NCBI GenBank assembly: GCA_963741945.1
Contig: CAVUKA010000006.1
Coordinates: 64,001 to 128,000, forward strand
Reading direction: 5' to 3'
DNA from: an uncultured Gemmatimonadales bacterium
GTDB taxonomy: Bacteria > Gemmatimonadota > Gemmatimonadetes > Longimicrobiales > RSA9
DNA: 64,000 nucleotides
This document shows positions 57,906 to 64,000 of the stretch, piece after piece. The notes under the pieces were generated by a model that did no database searches, had not been told where the DNA came from, and was given only the letters and a program-made list of their open reading frames with translations. The number at the start of each line of letters is the position of its first letter. The first letter of the stretch is position 1. The translations under genes and the position numbers were made by a program.

Positions 57906-58892
57906 TTACGGCATACGCCCCTGCGCTCCGCCGCCCACGGAAAGGGCGATGCCCAGTGCGACCCCGCCCGAGCCGGCGGGGCCGATGCGGGGGACGACGG
58001 CCGGCTCGCCCCCGCCGTCCGCCACCACCATGCTGCGCCCGATCAGCGTGCCGATGGCCGCACCCACCACCACGTCCGACACGAAATGGGCGTCGTGGTA
58101 GACCCGGGCCACGCCCACGCTCCCGGCCAGTCCGTAGGCCAGCAGGTCCACCCAGAGCGAGCCCGATTCCGCCGCGATCACGGACGCCACGGCGAACGCC
58201 TGGGTCGTGTGGCCGGACGGGAACGACTTGTCCCCGGAGAAGGGCGCGAACGCGTACGGCCCTTCCTCCTGCCTCGGCCTCGCCCGCCCCACGGCCGCTT
58301 TGAGCAGCGGCGTCACCACGCCCCCGGCCACCAGGCTCGCCGCCACCGCCTCCACCGCCGTCCGGCGCAGCCCGGGCCGCCCCAGGACCACCCCCCCACC
58401 GTACAATCCCGCGACCACGGCGAACGACCCCAGCTCCCCGAGCGGCTCCACCGCACCAAGATACGCATCGGCCTCCCGGCTCCGCCGCGCATCCTCGTAC
58501 CGCTCCACCCGGCCATCCGTGGTCCGGACCAGCACCGCAGCCGCCATCCCCGCCGCCGGCACCCACAGCCAGTCCGCTCCCGTCCACCGCGCCGGCGCGG
58601 TGAGCCCGTGCACCACCCGTCCCGCACCGTAGCGCGCGTCCGACAGCAGGAAAGACCCGCCGGCAGGAGACGCTCCGAGCCGCGACGCCGCGTTCACCGC
58701 CACCATCGCCGGCGTCACCGCCTGAGCGTGCGCCGCCGCGGGCGCCGCACGGCCCTCCGCCGGGACCGGCCTGGCCCCCGCCTGCGCCGCCAGCGGACCG
58801 GCGGGAAGCACCAGCGCGGCCGCAACGATCGCGAGCGCCGGTCCCCGGCGGCGCCGCCCTGCCATGGGAACGGGAGCGGAACGGGTGAACAT
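57906..58892 (-). CDS. PAP2 family phosphatase (paralog)
   Basis: KAAVGRARP, SFPSGH, ARVYHDAHFVSD; start 58892 or 58865. Confidence 0.9.
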   Translation of the reverse strand: MFTRSAPVPMAGRRRRGPALAIVAAALVLPAGPLAAQAGARPVPAEGRAAPAAAHAQAVTPAMVAVNAASRLGASPAGGSFLLSDARYGAGRVVHGLTAPARWTGADWLWVPAAGMAAAVLVRTTDGRVERYEDARRSREADAYLGAVEPLGELGSFAVVAGLYGGGVVLGRPGLRRTAVEAVAASLVAGGVVTPLLKAAVGRARPRQEEGPYAFAPFSGDKSFPSGHTTQAFAVASVIAAESGSLWVDLLAYGLAGSVGVARVYHDAHFVSDVVVGAAIGTLIGRSMVVADGGGEPAVVPRIGPAGSGGVALGIALSVGGGAQGRMP

Positions 58893-58959
58893 GGCTTGCA
58901 ATCTCCCCCCATCTGGCGAGTTGGCAACCCTCCGCCCCTTCCGGTGGGCAACACGCCCC

Positions 58960-59005
58960 TTGCCCATGGAGGTGGCGTCGGCTAATCGTGTATCTTGTCA
59001 CGAAA
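58960..59005 (+). promoter_or_regulatory. Putative promoter TTGCCC-N17-TAATCG overlapped by palindrome TCGTG-N8-CACGA
   Basis: Same architecture recurs at 60407-60452; immediately upstream of the RBS AAGGAGG. Confidence 0.6.
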
Positions 59006-59020
59006 AGGAGGGTGCCGACG

Positions 59021-60355
59021 ATGGAAATCGCTTCCCGGCCGCCGGACCAGCTGCCCGTCGCGACGGGCGAGCGGTGGTTCACGAGCGAAGACTGGTGGTC
59101 CGTGATCCTCGGGTTGTTCCTGCTGGCCGCCTGCTGGGCGGCCTTTGCGTTGGGGCGGCCGCTGGCGGTGCTGTCCAGGGCGGCGCCGACGCGCTGGCCG
59201 GCGAGCCCGCTGGGCGAGCATTTCGCCCGGAGCTGGCCGGCGTACGTGGCGATGTTCGGCATGCTGGCGGCGCTCACGACGGCGGCGGTGTACGTGATGA
59301 CGGGGAAGGTGCGGAACTACCTGCTCGGGTTCACGGTCCTGTTCGCGGCGTCCACGCTGATCATGATCCTGGGCGCGCAGGAGCAGCTGAAAGCGTGGGG
59401 GCTGGAGACTGCGTTCTGGGCGCTGGTGCTGGGGCTGGCCGTGGGGAACGCCATCCACCTTCCCGTATGGTTCCAGGCGGCGGCGGGGCGAACGGAGTTC
59501 TTCATCAAGACCGGAATCATCCTGCTGGGCGCGCAGCTCTCGTTCAACGTGATCATCTCCGGTGGCGTGTGGGGCTTCCTCGAAGCGCTGCTGATCGTCT
59601 CGGCCGGATTCACCACGGCCTTCTTCATCGCCAAGCGCCTGGGCTACGACAACCGGTTCGCCGCCGTGCTCGGCGCCGGTGGGTCGGTGTGCGGCGTGTC
59701 GGCCGCCATCGCCGTGGGCGGCTCGGTGAAAGCGAACGAGAAGCAGGTGGGCTACGTGATCTCCCTCGTGGTGCTCTACGCCCTCGTGCTGATCTTCCTC
59801 CTGCCGGCCATCTCCCGCGCCATCGGCCTGAGCGAGGTCGTGGCCGGCGCCTGGATCGGCGGCTCCGAGCTCGCCGACGCGGCCGGCCTCGCCTCCGCTG
59901 CCATGATCAGCGAAAAGGCCGTGCAGGCATTCACTCTCGTCAAGCTGAACCGCGATGTCATGATCGGCTTCCTCTGTTTCCTCTTCGCCTACCTGGCCGT
60001 CACCCGGTGGGACGTGAAGGAATCCGGCGCGAAGCCGAGCCCCCGGGTGATCTGGGACCGCTTCCCCAAGTTCGTCCTGGCGTTCCTCGTGACCTCCATC
60101 GTGATCACTGCCCTCGATACCCGCATCGGGCCCGATGTCGCCGCCTACATCGTGGCGCCGCTGCGCACTGTGCGCGGCTGGCTGTTCACCATCGCTTTCC
60201 TCTGCATCGGACTCAACACACGCATCGAGGACGTCCGTGCCATGGGGGCGAAGCCGATCATGGCCTTCACCGCCGTGGTCCTCGTCAACGTCAGCGTCGG
60301 CTTCATCCTCGCCAACCTCTTCTTCGGCGGCATCATCGCAGCGCCGCTGAAGTAG
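59021..60355 (+). CDS. YeiH family putative sulfate/sulfite exporter
   Basis: SEDWW, EFFIKTGIILLGA, SVCGVSAAIA, GAWIGGSE, VKLNRDVMIG, WDRFPKFV. Confidence 0.9.
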   Translation: MEIASRPPDQLPVATGERWFTSEDWWSVILGLFLLAACWAAFALGRPLAVLSRAAPTRWPASPLGEHFARSWPAYVAMFGMLAALTTAAVYVMTGKVRNYLLGFTVLFAASTLIMILGAQEQLKAWGLETAFWALVLGLAVGNAIHLPVWFQAAAGRTEFFIKTGIILLGAQLSFNVIISGGVWGFLEALLIVSAGFTTAFFIAKRLGYDNRFAAVLGAGGSVCGVSAAIAVGGSVKANEKQVGYVISLVVLYALVLIFLLPAISRAIGLSEVVAGAWIGGSELADAAGLASAAMISEKAVQAFTLVKLNRDVMIGFLCFLFAYLAVTRWDVKESGAKPSPRVIWDRFPKFVLAFLVTSIVITALDTRIGPDVAAYIVAPLRTVRGWLFTIAFLCIGLNTRIEDVRAMGAKPIMAFTAVVLVNVSVGFILANLFFGGIIAAPLK

Positions 60356-60406
60356 CGCGGTCGAGCTCGGAAGGCCGCGCGGTCACTGCCGGATCGTGAA
60401 CGGGGG

Positions 60407-60452
60407 TTGACGAGCAGCGGGCGCAGCAGTAATCGTGACAACTGGCACGATT
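60407..60452 (+). promoter_or_regulatory. Putative promoter TTGACG-N17-TAATCG overlapped by palindrome AATCGTG-N8-CACGATT
   Basis: Perfect 7-bp arms; matches the site upstream of the yeiH-like gene. Confidence 0.6.
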
Positions 60453-60601
60453 GCCGACGGTCGCCCCTGCCGCCGGCTGAACACGGAAGGTGGTCCTTGG
60501 CGTCGACGCAGGCGGTTCCGGGGGACGGGATCGAGATCGGTAGGCCGGCGTCCGTGGAGGAGGCGGAGCCGGCGGATCGCGGTCGGGCGGAGCGTGCGCT
60601 G

Positions 60602-62047
60602 ATGGAGCGACCGGAGCTGAGCATCCGGACGCGGATCACGGGCGTGTTCGCGCTGCTGTTCGTGCTGTGCACGACGATCACGGTGGCGGCGGTGATGTTC
60701 CTGTCGGCCTTCCAGGCCAAGATCCAGTTCCTGGAGAACGCGAGCAGCTACTCGTTCGAGATCGAGGAGGCGCGGCGCAACGAGAAGAATTTCTTCCTGT
60801 ACGGGACGGGTCTGCCGGAGGCGCTGGCGAGCGCGACATTGGCGCGGACGCACCTGGAGCGGAACGCGGGGCAGATCCGGTCGGTGGTGGGGAGCTCGAA
60901 GTACGGGGAGATGGAGCGGAGCCTGACGCGCTACCAGGAGCTGCTGCGGGAGCTGGTGGACGCGGAATCCGGGGGGTCGGCGGACGGCGCGGGGGCGACA
61001 GCGGGCTCGCAGCGGCGGATCGAGGTGAGTCTGCGGACAGAGGGCGCGCAGCTGCTGAGCGATGCCGAGGAGATGATCGCCGGGGAACGGGCGGCGGTGT
61101 CGTCGATGCTGCGCACGTCCATGCTGGCGGCGTTCGGCTTCCTGGGTCTCATGCTGCTCCTGATGGTGCTGTTCGGCGGGTTTGTGGTGCGGACGGTGGT
61201 GTACCCGCTGGACCGGTTCATGGAGTACATCGGGCGGATCGGCGCGGGGAACTACGAGCCGATCCAGCCGGTGCGTCGGTTCCGGGACGAGTTCTCGTCG
61301 CTGGCGCTGGCGTTCAACCGGATGCTGGGGGAGATCGTGACGCACCAGGAGCAGCTGGTGCAGTCCGGGAAGATGGCGGCGGTGGGGACGCTCACCTCGG
61401 GGATCGCCCACGAGCTGAACAACCCGCTGAACAACATCGGCCTGACCGTGGAAGCGCTGCTGGACGATCTGGACGCATACTCGGAAGACGAGAAGCGCCG
61501 GATGCTGGAGCAGGCGTACACGCAGGTGGAACGGGCCAGCACGACGGTGCGAAACCTCCTGGACTTCACGCGCAAGGACCGCTCGGCGTTCACCACGGTG
61601 TCCATGGCCGGGGTGGTGGACTCGGCGCTCCGGCTGGTGGCGAACGAGGCCATGCTCGCGGGAGTGGAGTGCGAGCGCAGCGTGCCCGCGGATCTCCCGC
61701 CCGTGCGGGGCAACCCCCACGACCTGGAGCAGGTCTTCCTCAATCTCTGCCTGAACGCGATCCAGGCCATGCCGGAAGGCGGGCGGGTGCGGATCACGGG
61801 GGCAAGGGAGGGGGAGGACGGAGTGCGGGTGGACGTGGCAGATACGGGGTCGGGGATCGCGCCGGAGCACCTGGAGGAGATCTTCGATCCGTTCTTCACG
61901 ACGAAGGAGATGGGCGAGGGCACGGGGCTGGGGCTCTCGGTGAGCCACAGCATCATCGAGCAGCACCGGGGGCGGATCACCGTCATGAGCGAGCGTGGAG
62001 CGGGGACGACGTTCTCCATCCACCTGCGCGCGGCGGAAGGGGCGTGA
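60602..62047 (+). CDS. HAMP-domain membrane sensor histidine kinase (NtrB-like)
   Basis: Two TM segments, HAMP, GIAHELNNPL, NLCLNAIQAM, DTGSGI, FFTTK..GEGTGLGL. Confidence 0.93.
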   Translation: MERPELSIRTRITGVFALLFVLCTTITVAAVMFLSAFQAKIQFLENASSYSFEIEEARRNEKNFFLYGTGLPEALASATLARTHLERNAGQIRSVVGSSKYGEMERSLTRYQELLRELVDAESGGSADGAGATAGSQRRIEVSLRTEGAQLLSDAEEMIAGERAAVSSMLRTSMLAAFGFLGLMLLLMVLFGGFVVRTVVYPLDRFMEYIGRIGAGNYEPIQPVRRFRDEFSSLALAFNRMLGEIVTHQEQLVQSGKMAAVGTLTSGIAHELNNPLNNIGLTVEALLDDLDAYSEDEKRRMLEQAYTQVERASTTVRNLLDFTRKDRSAFTTVSMAGVVDSALRLVANEAMLAGVECERSVPADLPPVRGNPHDLEQVFLNLCLNAIQAMPEGGRVRITGAREGEDGVRVDVADTGSGIAPEHLEEIFDPFFTTKEMGEGTGLGLSVSHSIIEQHRGRITVMSERGAGTTFSIHLRAAEGA

Positions 62048-62069
62048 CCCCGGACGGGAGTGAAGCGAT

Positions 62070-62996
62070 ATGAATCATCTGGCGATCTACCTCCCCGTGG
62101 CGGGGAGCGCAGTGAGCATGCCGTTGCTGATCGGGCTGGGCGCCCTGGTCGGGTTCATGTCAGGGCTGTTCGGCGTGGGGGGCGGGTTCCTCATGACGCC
62201 GCTCCTGATCATGGTCGGCATCCCCCCCACCGTGGCAGCGGCATCGGACTCGAACCAGATCGTCGCGGCATCGTCGTCCGGGACCTACGCCCATGCCCGA
62301 GCCGGGTCCGTGGACGTCCCCATGGGGCTGCTGCTGCTGGTGGGCGGCATCGCCGGCGGATCCGTGGGCGTGGTGCTCATCAAGTTCCTGCGCGCGATGG
62401 GCAACGCGGATTTCGTGATCACCGTGACGTATGTGATCATGCTGGGCGGCATCGGGGCGTACATGTTCGTGGAGAGCCTCCGGAGCATGCGCACGGGGGC
62501 CGCCGTTCGGCAGGTGGAGGCGAAGCCATCGCTCTACGCCCGCATGGCGCAGGCGCTCCCGTTCAAGAGCCGGTTCCGCCGCTCGAACGTGGAAATGTCG
62601 GTGCTCATGCCGCTGCTGCTCGGCGTGCTGGTGGGGACGCTCGCTGCCATCATGGGCGTGGGCGGCGGCTTCATCATGGTCCCGATCATGGTCTACCTGC
62701 TGCGCATGCCCATGCACGTGGTGGTGGGGACCAGTCTGTTCCAGATCCTCTTCACCTGCATCAACGTGACCGTGCTCCAGGCCACGCTGAACCACACCGT
62801 GGATTTCGTCCTGGCCCTGTTCCTCCTCATCGGGTCGGTGGTCGGGGCGCAGCTCGGGGCGCTCGTGAGCAAGCGGCTGAAGGCCGACCAGCTCAAGATC
62901 CTCATGGCGGGCATCGTGCTGCTGGTCACCGCCAAGATGCTCCTCGGCCTCGTCCTGCCGCCGGAGTTCCTCGTGGCGTATGCGGGAGGCCACTGA
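62070..62996 (+). CDS. TauE/SafE family sulfite exporter
   Basis: IYLPVA, SGLFGVGGGFLMTPLL, IMGVGGGFIMVP, VVGTSLFQI. Confidence 0.92.
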   Translation: MNHLAIYLPVAGSAVSMPLLIGLGALVGFMSGLFGVGGGFLMTPLLIMVGIPPTVAAASDSNQIVAASSSGTYAHARAGSVDVPMGLLLLVGGIAGGSVGVVLIKFLRAMGNADFVITVTYVIMLGGIGAYMFVESLRSMRTGAAVRQVEAKPSLYARMAQALPFKSRFRRSNVEMSVLMPLLLGVLVGTLAAIMGVGGGFIMVPIMVYLLRMPMHVVVGTSLFQILFTCINVTVLQATLNHTVDFVLALFLLIGSVVGAQLGALVSKRLKADQLKILMAGIVLLVTAKMLLGLVLPPEFLVAYAGGH

Positions 62997-63844
62997 TGCG
63001 CAGTTCTGCGGTCGCGCTTGCCCTTCTCACCGTGACCATTGCGGGGGCGGTTCCCCTGAGTTCGCAGACCGGGGCCATGACCCTGCAGGACACCGCGCAC
63101 GCCCCGGTGGTGGAGCAGGCGCCGGAGCTGCCGGGCGAGGCGCTGGAAGGCGGAGCGGGTGGAGTCGTGGTGGAGCCCGAGCTTGTGGTGACGGGGATGT
63201 TCTACACGGGCGCCACGGTGCACGTGAGCGCGGTCGTCCCCGCCGGTGCCGACGTCGCCGTGCTCTGCCGTGGTGAGGGGCACCCGCTGACGCTGAAGCG
63301 GAAGGGGAAGGTGCTGGGACTGCTCTGGATGAACGTGGGCGACGTTTCGTTCGAACAGGTCCCGGCCCTGTACCTGCTGGACACGTCCCGCCCGCTGGGG
63401 GAGCTGGCCGCCGACACGGTGCTGGACGCCCTTGGCCTCGGGGTCGCGGCGCTGGCGACGCGCTGCGACGCGGACGCATCGGATCCGGTACTGTTCAGCG
63501 AGCTGGCGCGGCTGAAACAGAAGGAGCGACTGTGGCGAGTGGCGGAGGGGGCAGTGGAGATCCGGTCGGGTGAGGGCGGCGCGGAGCTGGCGGTTGCGGA
63601 CCTGCCCCTGCCGCCGAAGGCCGGCCCCGGGGACTACGAGGTGCTGGTTTACGCGTTCGGATCGGCGCAGCCGGAGCTGATCGGCACCGGCCACGTCCGC
63701 GTGGAGCAGGGGGGCGTGTCCGGCTTCATCACGGAGCTGGCCACGAAGCACGGCCTGCTCTACGGCGTGCTGGCTGCGCTGGTGGCGGTGGTCGTGGGCC
63801 TGCTCACCGGCCTTATCTTCGGGATGGGGTCGAAGGGGCACTGA
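62996..63844 (+). CDS. TIGR02186-like conserved membrane-anchored protein (TauE-associated)
   Basis: RKGKVLGLLWMN, VPALY, GDYEV, C-terminal TM after LLYG; coupled to tauE by TGATG. Confidence 0.8.
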   Translation: MRSSAVALALLTVTIAGAVPLSSQTGAMTLQDTAHAPVVEQAPELPGEALEGGAGGVVVEPELVVTGMFYTGATVHVSAVVPAGADVAVLCRGEGHPLTLKRKGKVLGLLWMNVGDVSFEQVPALYLLDTSRPLGELAADTVLDALGLGVAALATRCDADASDPVLFSELARLKQKERLWRVAEGAVEIRSGEGGAELAVADLPLPPKAGPGDYEVLVYAFGSAQPELIGTGHVRVEQGGVSGFITELATKHGLLYGVLAALVAVVVGLLTGLIFGMGSKGH

Positions 63845-63851
63845 GAAGGGG

Positions 63852-64000
63852 ATGATGCTGGAGAGGCTGCGCGCGCTGTTCCGACATGGGGGAGCGGAGT
63901 CCACCGAGCGGATCCGGAAGAAGCTGACCACCTTCCGGGAGCTGGTGGAGAAGAATGACCGCGTGCTGGAGCTCATTGCCGACGCCGGCGAGAAGCTGGG
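63852..64000 (+). CDS. Partial CDS; N-terminus resembles PEP-synthase-like (PEP/pyruvate-binding domain) proteins
   Basis: MMLERLRALF...FRELVEKNDRVLELIADAGEKL; only 49 codons visible, call relies on recalled similarity and gene context. Confidence 0.5.
   Translation, partial: MMLERLRALFRHGGAESTERIRKKLTTFRELVEKNDRVLELIADAGEKL

Noticed and set aside
56959-59277. 772-aa ORF suggesting a long PAP2 fusion
   Set aside because: The upstream part is an off-frame read through the neighbouring PAP2 gene; the real protein starts near 57816 with a signal peptide.

Overview
GC-rich (roughly 70%), gene-dense bacterial chromosomal window with about 54 CDS. The gene repertoire (VPS10/BNR-repeat protein, ADOP permeases, M16 peptidase pair, PadR modules) suggests Gemmatimonadota or a similar lineage; this is inference. 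I recognised no rRNA, tRNA, CRISPR array, transposase, integrase or prophage. Main content: a divergent pair of ClC proteins with contrasting signature motifs; two YihY paralogs and a lipoprotein, with two apparent frameshifts; a GNAT / ATP-grasp-SET fusion / desaturase cluster; a CbiMQO Co/Ni transporter; Lhr helicase; an LmtA-like methyltransferase; a PadR module with two ExbB-like proteins and no ExbD; two tandem lipoprotein hexaheme cytochromes c with collagen-like stalks; a Na+-pumping methylmalonyl-CoA decarboxylase operon; and the start of a YeiH / kinase / TauE / TIGR02186 / PEP-synthase-like island whose two promoters share a palindromic operator. Best candidates for undescribed systems: the collagen-stalked hexaheme cytochrome pair, the ATP-grasp-SET fusion cluster, and the co-regulated sulfur-oxyanion exporter/kinase island. 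All family calls come from motif recognition by eye; no database searches were run.
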